From Octopus bimaculoides (taxonomy: Eukaryota): a stretch of 39,120 nt of DNA. Where the stretch lies: positions 11,257,774 through 11,296,893 of the forward strand of contig NC_069006.1 of the NCBI RefSeq assembly GCF_001194135.2, in the 5' to 3' direction. Positions 21,170-33,369 of the stretch are shown one piece after another; the stretch's first letter is position 1; every line of letters starts with the position of its first letter. The notes below the pieces were generated by a model. The model was not told the origin of the DNA, did no database searches, and worked only from the letters and a program-made list of their open reading frames with translations. Position numbers and translations under genes: made by a program.

Positions 21170-21500
21170 TGAAGGTGTATGGCTCAGTGGTTAGGATACA
21201 TGGCTTATGATCATAAGGTTGTGAGTTTGATTCCTGATGGGGGCATTTTTTCCTTGACCAAGACACCTTATTTCAAGTTGCTCCAGTCCACTCAGCCGGC
21301 AAAAATGATATTGTACCTGCATGTCAAAGGCCCAGCCTTGTCACACACCAGATCACACTAAATCTCCCTGAGAACCAGAACTACGTTAAGCATACATATG
21401 TCTAAGGAGTACTCAGCCACTTGCATGTGAATTTCATGAGCAGGTTGTCCCATTGGTCAGGTCAACCAGAACACTCATCATCGAACCAATGGAATAACAA
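21170..21500 (+). mobile_element. SINE family B, subfamily B2
   Basis: tggctcagtggttagg head, ccttgaccaagacaccttatttcaagttgctccagtccactcagc CORE-like segment and the same 3' part as 10565. Confidence 0.8.
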
Positions 21501-21719
21501 AGTTCAGTCTTGGGTAACCTTTATCAAGAAGCAGACTGCATGAGACATGGTTCGTCATCAGGCAGGCTACAATCTTTTGTTAGACAGGCCATTCAGGAAG
21601 TCCTGTAGGTCACAGTTTGCTCGTGACTGCTCAGGTCTGTTGCAGCAGCAGCAGATTCTAATAAGCCTCCCTAATATTCTGATTGATTTAATAGTTTGTT
21701 TTTTTCATTGATTGGTTTT

Positions 21720-22198
21720 ACTCTTTTACTTGTTTCAGTCATTTGACTGCGGCCATGCTGGAGCACCGCCTTTAGTCAAAGAAATTGACCCCAGAACTTA
21801 TTCTTTGTAAGCCTAGTACTTATTCTATTGGTTTCATTTGCTGAACTGCTAAGTTACAGGGACGTAAACACACCAGCATCAGTTGTCAAGCGATGTTGGA
21901 GGACAAACATATACATACACACACACACATATATATATACATACACACACACACATTATATATATATATATATACATATATATGACGGGCTTCTTTCAGT
22001 TTCTGTTTACCAAATCCACTCACAAGGCTTTGGTCGGCCCGAGGCTATAGTAGAAGACACTTGCCCAAGGTGCCACGCAGTGGGACTGANNNNNNNNNNC
22101 TATAGTAGAAGACACTTGCCCAAGGTGCCACGCAGTGGGACTGAACCCGTAACCATGTGGTTGGGAAGCAAGCTACTTACCACACAGCCACTCCTGCA
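21720..22198 (-). mobile_element. SINE family A, complete bipartite copy (10-N gap with overlap inside)
   Basis: Body at 21720-21910, microsatellite, head at 21985-22198. CpG-rich and close to consensus, so probably young. Confidence 0.9.
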
Positions 22199-22632
22199 CC
22201 TATATATATAACATATATAAAATAACATAGTCAGAATAAGGGTAGGGGAGGCAAATTACAGTACTGACCCCCAGTGTCAAAGGTCAGGGTGATGGAGGGC
22301 AGCAAGAAACCTCAACTAATGGGGTTACTGCAGAAGAAAAAAACAGTCTATCAAAATATCTAACCTCAAAATGGAGGAGTTTTCTTGTATTATCTTATTT
22401 ACTTACTTATTTGATTTCAGTCACTGGACCACAGCCATGCTGGAGTACCATCTTGAACAGTTGAAGGTGCCTTGAAGTCAAATAAATCAACCCCTATGCA
22501 ATAAGCCACTGTGTGTTGGTTTATGCAGTGTGACCCTCAAACAGGACTGGTCACAGGCTAGACCCTAAGTCCACACTGCTATATCCCATGCAATAAACCA
22601 CTATATAACAAAGAGTGCAGTGTGATGTTTAA

Positions 22633-22852
22633 CCCTTTCGTTACTGCATTTATTTTGAGACGCTCTGTGTTTCCTTCAATTACTTTAAATATAACAAAGA
22701 GTTTAGTAAAATAACTTAGTTATCATTAAGCTAGTGTTAGGAACATAAATTGTGATTAAGGTTTGGTGGAAGATTTTAATTCAAAACTTACGAAAACAAG
22801 ACATTTGTACTCAGAGCCAGAGGTGGTTTCAGCCAGGTTGGTAACGAAAGGG
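22633..22852. mobile_element. piggyBac-type MITE (family P2)
   Basis: TTAA(22629-32)|CCCTTTCGTTAC ... GTAACGAAAGGG|CTAA: a perfect 12-bp TIR with one mutated TTAA target site. Confidence 0.85.
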
Positions 22853-23064
22853 CTAAGACAGAAGCATGATCTGATGGAGGTGAGGACAGAGTCTCAAATC
22901 CAGGCATTTGACCAGCTACTTATTTATAAATTTGCTTGAGCAAGACTAACCACAGGATTACATAATACCATTTCCACACTATTAATTACTATATATCAAA
23001 TTGTGCAATGTGGTCTTCAATATGGACAGCAATATGGAACACCAGGGATGTTCGATCAGTGTTT

Positions 23065-23482
23065 ACTCATTTATTTGATTCAGTCATTAGACTGCAGCCA
23101 TGCTGGAGCACCACTTAGATTTAGTTGAACAAAGTGACTCTAGTACATATTTTTTAAAGTCTATTACTTAATCTACTGGTCTCCTTTCCTGAATAACTAA
23201 ATTATAGGAATGTAAACAAACCAATACTGATTGTCAAAGAATGGGGAGATGGGCACAATAACACACGCACGCACGCACACGCACACACACACACACTCAC
23301 ACACACACACACATGCACATGCATGCACATGATGGGCTTCTACATAGTTTCCATCAACCAAATCCACTGATAAGGCATTGGTCAAGTCAGGACCATAGCA
23401 GAAGACACTTGCCCAAAGTGTCATGCAGTGGGATCGAACCTGAAATCACATGGTAACAAAGCAGACTTCTTAACCACACAGC
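23065..23482 (-). mobile_element. SINE family A, complete bipartite copy
   Basis: Body, (CA)n and head as in 21720-22198. Confidence 0.8.
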
Positions 23483-23629
23483 TATTTACCACTTTAAATG
23501 CTTTTTTTCCTAATTTAATCTGGTTCAACTCTCATCACTATGGTCATGCTGGAGCATCTACAGTGAGATTCAGAGCAGACTTCGTCTCATGTGCACCGTT
23601 AATGAGGACCTTTTTTTTTTTGTTCTCTA

Positions 23630-23751
23630 TTCTGTGGTAAGAAGTTAACTTTACAACCACATGGTTTGGGATTCAATCCCAATGCACAGCACCTTGGGCT
23701 GTACAATGCTTTGTAAGTGAATTTGGTGGATGGAAATTGCGCAGAAGCCCG

Positions 23752-23836
<85 letters not shown>

Positions 23837-23960
23837 CATGCATGTCTGTCATCACTGCCACCACATGACAACAGTTGTTGGTTTATTTATTGTCCTAGTA
23901 ACTTAGCAGCTCAACAAAAGGATCAACAGAATCAGTACAGACTTAAAAGATAAGTACTGT
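23630..23960 (+). mobile_element. SINE family A with a long internal (GT)n
   Basis: Head at 23630-23750, (GT)n at about 23752-23826, body to about 23960. Confidence 0.8.
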
Positions 23961-24484
23961 GGCTGGTTATATACATATACACGTACATACATACATATAC
24001 ATACATACATATACGTGTGTGTGTGTGTGTGTCTACACATGTATTTATGTACATATACATGTATGTATATATACAAGTGTATGCATGTGTGTATGTATCT
24101 AAGTATATATGTATGCGAAGGTGCTGCTTGTACATGCAAGCAGAGAATATACAAGACAACATCCGGCTAATTAATAAAATGCTTAGTCACCAACAAACAA
24201 CACCCACTAATTAAGATAGGTGTGCAAAGATAACCTGGGGCCAAACAACAACACCACCACCAACAACACCCACCACATCAGAGGAGATATGCTGTATCAT
24301 CTCGTCTCTCCACTACTGCAACTACGATGGCTGCTGCTCTCCTGAACATGCGAAATGTGTACCATTTTTGCCAAAACCAATCCACCAACAATATTGCTGT
24401 CATCATTATTATCATCATCATCATCACCAACAACATTACAGTTAATATTACTACCAGTACCACCACAATCAATATTATCACCAC

Positions 24485-24715
24485 TAAGGCGGCAAACTGG
24501 CAGAAACGTTAGCACTCCGGGCGAAATGCTTAGCGGTATTTCGTCTGCTGCTACGTTCTGAGTTCAAATTCCACCGAGGTTGACTTTGCCTTTCATCCTT
24601 TCAGGGTCAATAAATTATTATCACCAGCTGCATACTGGGGTTGATCTAATCAACTGGCACCCCCACCCCCATTCCCCCAAAATTTTGGTCCTTGTGCCTA
24701 GAGCAGAAAAGAATA
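24485..24715 (+). mobile_element. SINE family C
   Basis: aaggcggcaaactggcagaaacgttagc...GAGTTCAAATTCC...gactttgcctttcatcctttcagggtc...cttgtgcctagagcagaaaag. Confidence 0.9.
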
Positions 24716-25216
24716 TTACCACCACTACTGTTAATGACTACTATTNNNNNNNNNNNNNNNNNNNNNNNNNNNNNNNNNNNNNNNNNNNNNNNNNNNNNNN
24801 NNNNNNNNNNNNNNNNNNNNNNNNNNNNNNNNNNNNNNNNNNNNNNNNNNNNNNNNNNNNNNNNNNNNNNNNNNNNNNNNNNNNNNNNNNNNNNNNNNNN
24901 NNNNNNNNNNNNNNNNNNNNNNNNNNNNNNNNNNNNNNNNNNNNNNNNNNNNNNNNNNNNNNNNNNNNNNNNNNNNNNNNNNNNNNNNNNNNNNNNNNNN
25001 NNNNNNNNNNNNNNNNNNNNNNNNNNNNNNNNNNNNNNNNNNNNNNNNNNNNNNNNNNNNNNNNNNNNNNNNNNNNNNNNNNNNNNNNNNNNNNNNNNNN
25101 NNNNNNNNNNNNNNNNNNNNNNNNNNNNNNNNNNNNNNNNNNNNNNNNNNNNNNNNNNNNNNNNNNNNNNNNNNNNNNNNNNNNNNNNNNNNNNNNNNNN
25201 NNNNNNNNNNNNNNNN

Positions 25217-25251
<35 letters not shown>

Positions 25252-25253
<2 letters not shown>

Positions 25254-26645
25254 GTTTCAAATTTTGGCACAAAACAAGCAATTTCAGGGTAGGGGGATGA
25301 GCTGAATATGTTGACCCCAGTACTCAAATGGTACTTATTTCTTTATTGCCCACAGGGGGCTAAACATAGAGGGGACAATCAAGGACAGACAAATGGATTA
25401 AGTCGATTACATTGACCCCAATGTGTTACTGGTACTTATTTAATCGACCCCAAAAGGATGAAAGGCAAGGTCGACCTCGGTGGAATTTGAACTCAGAACA
25501 TAATGGCAGACGAAATACCAATAAGCATTTCGCCTGGTGTGCTAACGAATCTGCCAGCTTGTTGCCCTTAAAAGTCGACCTCGGTGGAATTTGAACTCGG
25601 AACATAAAGACAGATGAAATACAGCTAAGCATTTCTGCCAGCTCACTGCCTTATTTTATTTCTTTATTGCCCACAGGGGGCTAAACATANNNNNNNNNNC
25701 TAAAAATTGTCAAGGATAAATTAAATCTATTATTGTTACTGAAATTTAATTTCTGAACAGTTTTGCTGCCGTTTGTTTATGTAGTTTGATTTCTTTATCC
25801 ATCAGTTTCTACTAAGATTAGAGACGCGAGGAAAATTAATAATAGAGAAACGAAAATAAACTTTGGAAACAGCAATGCCACCATAACTTACATGGAAACC
25901 ATGAGCATGCTTTCAAGGAAAATAAATCAGAGAAAGACTTGAAAGTCAACATAAGATCGTAATACTTCATGTAAAGTAAATATAACAGAATCTTTGTCCA
26001 GTAGCAGATCAATCACAAAATCTAATCAGTTTGTGCCAGTCAGAAGGACAAACATCCCTGAAAGTTTCATCTGAATCTATCCAGCAGTTCTTGAGATATC
26101 TTGTCCACAGACAAACAAACAAACAAACAAACACAACTGAAAACAATATCTCTGCCTTCGCTAAGGCAGAGGTAATAATAATAATCCTTTCTACTAAAGG
26201 TACAAGGCCAGAAATTTGGGGAGGGAGACTAGTTGGTCACATTGACCCCAGTATTTCACTGGTACTTAATTTATCGAAACCGAAAGGATGAAAGGCAAAA
26301 TCGACCATGGTGGAATTTGAACTCAGAACATAGCAACAGGTGAAATACTGCTAAGCATTTTGTCCAGCATGCTAATGATTCTGCCAGCTCGCTGCCTTCA
26401 AAAATAATTAATAATAATAATAATAATAATGTTTCAAATTTTGGCACGAGCCAGCAAGTCTGGCAGAGGTGGCTAGTTGATTAAATTGACCCTAGGGTTC
26501 AACTGGTACTTGTTTTATTGACCCACAAACAAATGTAAGACAAAGTTGACTTTGACAGAATTTGAAATTAGAAAGTAAAGAGAAGCGAAGTGCCACTAAG
26601 CATTTTGTCTGGTGTGCCAACGATTCTACCAGCTAGCCACCTTAT
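25252..26645 (-). mobile_element. Second cluster of co-oriented SINE family C copies (about 25252-25650, 26187-26400, 26430-26645)
   Basis: Same diagnostic motifs as the 12.7-14.2 kb cluster, with (AAT)n spacers. Confidence 0.85.
26000..26178 (-). mobile_element. Helentron/DINE-1-like non-autonomous element, 5' part
   Basis: Reverse complement ttattACCTCTGCCttagcgaaGGCAGAGa...(TTTG)n...gacaagatatctcaagaactgctggatagattcagatgaaactttcagg matches 35457-35640. Confidence 0.7.
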
Positions 26646-27289
26646 CACCATCGTTAATATTAGCACTGCCACTACCACCACCACCACCACCATCAACAAA
26701 CACATACAGGCAGTGTGCCAGCTGCTGCAGTAACAACAACAGTAACAACAACTGTGGTAATAGGAAATGAAGTAATCGGAAGAGAGGAAGAAGGTAGATG
26801 AGAGCATTTGAAAAGAGTTGTGTGGGTACTCCAGGGAAAATGTTATATTTGTGTGTGTGTATGTGTGTGTATATGTGTGTGTATGTATATATACACACAC
26901 GGCGGTGTAATGACTGACAGGAAGTTGCACAGGATGTATATTATGTGCATGTGTGTGTGTACGTAGACAGAAAACACTATATACATACAAAGGTACACAT
27001 GTTTATAGGTGTATATACACAAATGTAGACATTTTATACACAAACACACACACATCGTAATCACTATCATCATCATCATCTACATCATCATTATTTCAGT
27101 GGGAAACATTTTTGGGGTTTGGGGATTAGCAGAAGTGGTTGAGCATCAAACAAAAATGTCTTGTGATGTTTCATTCTGTCCCTTTTAAGTTTTGAGTTCA
27201 AATCCTGCCTATGTCTACTTAAGTTGCCATCATTCAGGGATTTATAAAATAGTAAAGAGAACAAAAAAAAAACAATCAACACAGACACC

Positions 27290-27405
27290 AGCATGGTTGA
27301 GTGGTTAAGAAGCTCGCTTTACAATCATAAGGTTTCAGGTTCAGTACCACTGCATGGCATTTAGTCTTCCACTATAGCCCTGAGTTTGACAAATGTGTTG
27401 TAAAT
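27290..27405 (+). mobile_element. SINE family A head
   Basis: gcatggttgagtggttaagaagctcgc...ggttcagtaccactgcatggca. Confidence 0.7.
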
Positions 27406-28055
27406 GGCTATGGTGCAGCCATACTTGGAATCTGCATCACTAGACTGGAACCCCTATCTTGCTCAGGACACTGACTTCCTGGAAACTGCTCAGAGATGTA
27501 CAATCAAGTGAATACCCTTCATCAGGCATCTACCATACTCTGAAAGCCTTGCTTCCCTGGGCAGGGATACATTGAAACTCCAACGCCTGGCAACTGACTT
27601 GGGAAGCACCCACAAAATTATTAACCAACGCACCAACACCCGCCTTGAGCACTTCTTTGAGCTCCATGTGTCTAACACATGTGGGCATGTCTACAAAGTC
27701 AGAAAACAGCACAGCTCCCATGACTTTCAGAAACATTTTTTCACACTCAGAGTTGCTGAAGCATGGAACAAACTACCTGCATCAGTTGTTCGTTGCCGAG
27801 ACGGTACATCCTTTAAAACCTCCATGCTTCCTGAAATTCACCAACACCACACCTGATATCCCCCCCACCTCCATACGCATGAACACATGTATATATCATG
27901 ACTCAGACACTGTTCACTTTCCTGATTTTTATACATAATTCTATGCATTGTACATACACCTTTGATGAGTTGTGGTGCACCTGAACCCTATACACAATAA
28001 TTTCATTATTATTATTATTTTATTATTATTATTAATTATTATTATTATTATTATT
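27405..28055 (+). mobile_element. CR1-type LINE 3' end (ORF2 C-terminus, 3' UTR, (ATT)n tail)
   Basis: Translates LESASLDWNPYL...LETAQR...LPYSESLASLG..TLKLQRLATDL..THKII...TCGHVYKV...KHFFTLRVAEAWNKLPASVV...FK, the classic CR1/L2 C-terminal motifs, with an in-frame stop. Confidence 0.85.
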
Positions 28056-28510
28056 TAAATGAATTTGATAGATGGAAATTGTGAGGAAGCCACGTGCATG
28101 TGTTTGTGTGTGTCTTTGTGCTTGTCAAAGTAATAATCTATATTGCTGAAAGCGGTAAATGCTGCAGCATGGCAACAACAAAGGAGCAAAAAAGAGGAGA
28201 CAGATAACTACATATAGACATAAACACACACAACTCATAATTAGTCACACAGATTCACACATACAGACATACACTCATAGTCACACACACATACACATAA
28301 ACAGTCACACGCACACATATATAGTATACATATATATACACACCTGCATAATCCCATATATACACATAACCCCATATGTGACAGTCACATACGTATATTA
28401 TATTTTTTAAATACACACACAAACACACTCAGTCACATATACATACTCACGCACACATAAACACTTACAAACACACACAGTCACATATACATAAACACAT
28501 ACACACATAT

Positions 28511-28541
<31 letters not shown>

Positions 28542-28784
28542 CAGGTATTGTACACCTGCCATGTATTGAGGATTGAAACTATGTCATAACAATAACCCCA
28601 CCCAACTGTCATCTCTACCACCACTACCACCACCACCATGCTACCACAGCAACACTACACCACTGCCACCACTGCCGCTTATTGTCCTTCATTAATCATA
28701 CTGTGTCCGTATCAATGGAAGACTGCAGTTTGAAGTGGGTGTGTACCTTTGTTGCTACCGGCTGTTTGTCGGTTACAGCCTGCT

Positions 28785-29020
28785 CATGAAACTAACGTGC
28801 AAGTGGCTGAGCACTCCACAGACACATTTACTGTTAACGTAGTCCTCAGGAAGATCCAGTGTGACAAGGCTGGTCCTTTTTGAATTATAGGTATACCTCA
28901 CTTTTGCCAGCTGAGTGAACTGGAGCAACATGAAATGAAGTATTTGCTCAAGGGCACAACACATCCCCCAAGTATTGAACTTACAACTTTACAACTGTGA
29001 AGCATTATACACTACCCACT
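28785..29020 (-). mobile_element. SINE family B, subfamily B2
   Basis: Reverse complement of the 10565 and 21170 elements. Confidence 0.75.
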
Positions 29021-29099
29021 AGGCCACACTACAACAACACAACACCATCACAACACTACAACTGCACAGCACTACTACAACACTAAACCAAACCTAAAG

Positions 29100-29515
29100 C
29101 CGTGAGCTGGCAGAAGCGTTAGCACGCCGGGCGAAATGCTTAGTGGTATTTCGTCTGCCGTTACATTCTGAGTTCAAATTCCGCCAAGGTCAACTTTGCC
29201 TTTCATCCTTTCAGGGTCGATTAAATAAGTACCAGTTACACACTAGGGTCGATGTAATCGACTTAATCCCTTTGTCTGTCCTTGTTTGCCCCCTCTATGT
29301 TTAGCCCCTTGTGGGCAATAAAGAAATAAGAATTGTTAGCACACTGGGCAAAATGCTTAACAGCAGTTCATTCATTTTACATTGTGAATTCAAATTCTGC
29401 TAAGGTCCACTTTGCTTTCATCCTTTCGGGATCAATAAAATAAGTACCAGTTGAGCACTAAGGTTGGCGTTGATGTAATCACAACCCCAAAATTGCTAGC
29501 TTTGTGCTGAAATTT
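29100..29515 (+). mobile_element. Two tandem SINE family C copies
   Basis: gagctggcagaagcgttagcacgccgggcgaaatgc... (young) followed directly by a second, more diverged copy. Confidence 0.85.
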
Positions 29516-29739
29516 TAAACTTAATACTAAACTACCTGGGTCATCTCAATAGCACTACATCACCACTACTACAACACTAAACCGCCTATGCCTGCCCCTC
29601 TCTCATACTTTAGCCTCTCAGCACTTGGCATGAAACCACCTCTCAACTCCAATCTCACTTGGCCAAGGGTTTGCTTTTTTTTGCTTTTTAACTTGTCTTG
29701 TGAGTTATTTAGTGACCTCACTAATACTGGGGCCACAAG

Positions 29740-30150
29740 AATAAAAAAGCACCCAGTACACTCTGTATAGTGGATGGTATTAGTGGAAGAGTGAAAGGGC
29801 ATCCGGCCATATTTAAAACAGACAAATGGAGCCTGATGCAGTCCTGCAGCTCACAGGATCCTGTCGACTCAACCAACCTATACCAGGACATGGAAGATAG
29901 ATGTTAAATGATGATGATAGTGGTGGTGGTGGTGACGACGACGATGACAATTATGGTGGTAGTGGTGGTTGTGATGTTGGTGATGATGATAATTATGATG
30001 AAAACGATGATTATGATGACAATAACAATGATGGTGGTGGTAGTAGTTGTAATGATGGTGATCTTGATTATGATGATGCTGATGGTGCTGTAAATGATGA
30101 TGATTATGATGACAATGACAATGATAGTGACAATTATGATGACGATATGC
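29740..30150 (+). repeat. RTE-type tail fragment followed by a degenerate (GAT/GGT/GAC)n low-complexity tract
   Basis: ...catggaagatagatgttaaatgatgatgat expands into about 240 bp of trinucleotide repeat. Confidence 0.7.
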
Positions 30151-30460
30151 TTGTGACAAAGAAGTTCACTTCACAACCACATGGTTTCTGGTTCTGTCCC
30201 ACTGTGCAACACCTTGGACAAGTGTTTTCTTTTTGTTGTTTTTTTTACAACAGAACAAGGTTGAGCAATACTTTGTGTTCGTGTTATTTATTGAGTGATA
30301 TTTAGAAACTAGGTGGAAGCCTGTTATGTGTGTGTTGTTTACGTCGTATCTCTTTGTGTACCATAACCTAGCAGTTCAACAAAATAAGTAGACTGAGGTT
30401 GATATGAGTGATGAAAACTCTTGCCCCAGCATGGCCACAATCTAATAACTGAAGCCAGGA
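30148..30460 (+). mobile_element. SINE family A, diverged
   Basis: Diverged head (ggttctgtcccactgtgcaacaccttggacaagtg) and body (ccccagcatggccacaatctaataactgaagc). Confidence 0.6.
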
Positions 30461-30476
30461 AAAGAATATATGGAAG

Positions 30477-30513
<37 letters not shown>

Positions 30514-30819
30514 CCGCGCGCGTGCGCATGTGTGCCTGCACATCAATATCTGAGTCGCTATTGCACACAGCATTGGAGTCTGCATGATGGTTTGTAACCA
30601 TCGATGAGTCTGAAACAAAAGCTCATTATGCCTGCACATAAGACACTTATTAAGAAGCAAATCACTTTGGATCGAAAAAGATCAACCCAACAAACTATCC
30701 AATGTCTCAATGGGTTCATATGATAGTACAGATACAGGCAGTTTGGTTGGTTTATATATATTAGACTAAGTTCCAAATTCTACCACAGCACCAGTAATAT
30801 ACTGGGGCAATGTTTTGAC

Positions 30820-31345
30820 AGTGTGACACAATGGTGATGGCCACGCTATGGATTCCTTTAAGAAACAGTTTATTTCAGCCTTTAGTTCTTTAGGGCTTGG
30901 AATCTGTATTGACACTAACCTAACTAGGGCTGACTTTTTAGATGTTTCTTTAGACCTCAGAACTAATTCCTATAAAACCGTTCATAAGACTAACATAAAT
31001 CTAACTTACATTGATAAGTACTCCCGCCACCCACCTTTTGTATTTAAAGCACTGAATTCCAAACATTGGCCATAGAACTACATGTCTTCCTTAATCTAGA
31101 AAATTTTTTGAAAAGGCTTCCTCATATTGTAATAAGGCTTTACAGGACAGCAGTTTCACTGATAAAATCTTTTATAACCTTCTACATCTTCAACTATCAA
31201 GTCATAAGAATAGGTCTCTAAAACTTTATAGTTGACCCCACCCTTCCCCCTAAATATAGGTAGAAGTTTCTTACACTTATTCGATAATCACTTTTGAAGC
31301 AAGGAAGATATTTGACAGGCACATGGTTAAAATCACCACAGAGGA
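30820..31345 (+). mobile_element. Penelope-like element (PLE) reverse-transcriptase relic
   Basis: MDSFKKQFISAFSSLGLGICIDTNLTRADFLDVSLDLRTNSYK...LTYIDKYSRHPP, and after frameshifts NIGRSFLHLFDNHF and RKIFDRHMVKI. These match the PLE RT C-terminal pattern (FLDV.LDL, YI...S.HPP, KIF.R.TVK). Confidence 0.8.
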
Positions 31346-31388
31346 ATCAACGTAAGCTTAAATAATAAACCATGATAGGTGGATCGCA

Positions 31389-31648
31389 ATATGGCAAGGG
31401 TTGTTTACTGCATTTCTTCTTAATATTTTTTCAGATGCAGTCATGTATTATAGGAATTATTTCAGTTTGCTTTGAATTTAACCTGTTTTGGGTTACCTTC
31501 ATAACGTTGTGTTAGCAAAAGTTTTCAGATATGTTGGTTTGATTGGTATTTTGTACCTTTTTTCTAAATATGCTGGCACAATAGAAACAATGATAATGTA
31601 CAGTGTAATCATCTAATAAAGATGTGATGTCCTCCATTCTTGTTTAAG

Positions 31649-31684
<36 letters not shown>

Positions 31685-32808
31685 TAGTATATTGCCACTT
31701 AAGTGTGGCTGACCCCTAGGGGTGGATGTTACTGTTGCTTTTAGCCCCAGGAGGACATCTCCTCCAGCTGGCTTATCGACACACGACTGTGTCCTGTTTG
31801 CCAAGGGAAGTTATCCCTCTCACCTCGATCAGCAGCACGAACGTNNNNNNNNNNNNNNNNNNNNNNNNNNNNNNNNNNNNNNNNNNNNNNNNNNNNNNNN
31901 NNNNNNNNNNNNNNNNNNNNNNNNNNNNNNNNNNNNNNNNNNNNNNNNNNNNNNNNNNNNNNNNNNNNNNNNNNNNNNNNNNNNNNNNNNNNNNNNNNNN
32001 NNNNNNNNNNNNNNNNNNNNNNNNNNNNNNNNNNNNNNNNNNNNNNNNNNNNNNNNNNNNNNNNNNNNNNNNNNNNNNNNNNNNNNNNNNNNNNNNNNNN
32101 NNNNNNNNNNNNNNNNNNNNNNNNNNNNNNNNNNNNNNNNNNNNNNNNNNNNNNNNNNNNNNNNNNNNNNNNNNNNNNNNNNNNNNNNNNNNNNNNNNNN
32201 NNNNNNNNNNNNNNNNNNNNNNNNNNNNNNNNNNNNNNNNNNNNNNNNNNNNNNNNNNNNNNNNNNNNNNNNNNNNNNNNNNNNNNNNNNNNNNNNNNNN
32301 NNNNNNNNNNNNNNNNNNNNNNNNNNNNNNNNNNNNNNNNNNNNNNNNNNNNNNNNNNNNNNNNNNNNNNNNNNNNNNNNNNNNNNNNNNNNNNNNNNNN
32401 NNNNNNNNNNNNNNNNNNNNNNNNNNNNNNNNNNNNNNNNNNNNNNNNNNNNNNNNNNNNNNNNNNNNNNNNNNNNNNNNNNNNNNNNNNNNNNNNNNNN
32501 NNNNNNNNNNNNNNNNNNNNNATATGGCAAGGGTTGTTTACTGCATTTCTTCTTAATATTTTTTCAGATGCAGTCATGTATTATAGGAATTATTTCAGTT
32601 TGCTTTGAATTTAACCTGTTTTGGGTTACCTTCATAACGTTGTGTTAGCAAAAGTTTTCAGATATGTTGGTTTGATTGGTATTTTGTACCTTTTTTCTAA
32701 ATATGCTGGCACAATAGAAACAATGATAATGTACAGTGTAATCATCTAATAAAGATGTGATGTCCTCCATTCTTGTTTAAGTTATATATATATATATATA
32801 TATATATA
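31389..32808 (+). other. Identical direct repeat of about 290 bp (31389-31680 and 32522-32808) either side of N-gap 31845-32521; likely assembly overlap
   Basis: The sequence after the gap restarts exactly at atatggcaagggttgtttactgc and runs identically to the (TA)n. Confidence 0.7.
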
Positions 32809-32828
32809 CATACATACATACATACATA

Positions 32829-33369
32829 CAGGGTTATTCAAAAAGAATTAACTGATTTCATTACACAATATTTTAATAAGGAAAGGCAATAGAAAGCTCC
32901 AGTTAAGTCACAAGTATTTATTCACAATCAACCTTTATTTCCTGTCTTACAAGTGTTCAATGTGGCCACCACCTGCAACACAGACAACATCAATGTGATG
33001 AGAGAATTCCTCCCAGACGTGTATCATGATCCACTGAGTACTTCTTTGGCTGTCTGGTTGAATGCTTTATCGAAGTTTTTCCATTTCCCTTCCATGTCAA
33101 TATCTTCTGGAACCACCTCAAGCAAAGCCAATTTATTCTTTAGTTTCATAACGAACTTGCTTTTGATATGCTGATGCGTGTCTTGGAGGAATTCTCTTAC
33201 CGTACTGATGTTGCCCATGCTGGAGGTGGTGGCCACATTGAACACTCGTAAGACAGGCAATAAAAGTTGATTGTGAGTAAATCCTTGCAACTTAGCTGGA
33301 GTTTTCTATTGCTTTTTCTTATTAAAATATTGCATAATGAAATCGGCTTGTTCTTTTTGAATAACCCTG
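32829..33369. mobile_element. Tc1/mariner-type non-autonomous element with TIRs of about 200 bp
   Basis: TA|CAGGGTTATTCAAAAAGAA ... TTCTTTTTGAATAACCCTG|TA. Arms 32829-33028 and 33172-33369 are complementary with scattered mismatches. Confidence 0.85.

Noticed and set aside
21550-21570. CTGATGA on the minus strand
   Set aside because: No downstream GAAA at a plausible distance and no stems.
25886-26000. Possible minus-strand exon ending at a GTAAGT donor (25891)
   Set aside because: Weak exon-side context, no convincing acceptor or reading frame, and no LPP similarity.
29878-30305. Asp-rich, His-rich and Met/Val-rich ORFs
   Set aside because: These are alternative frames of a degenerate (GAT/GGT)n tract extending from a retroposon tail, with no splice or domain evidence.
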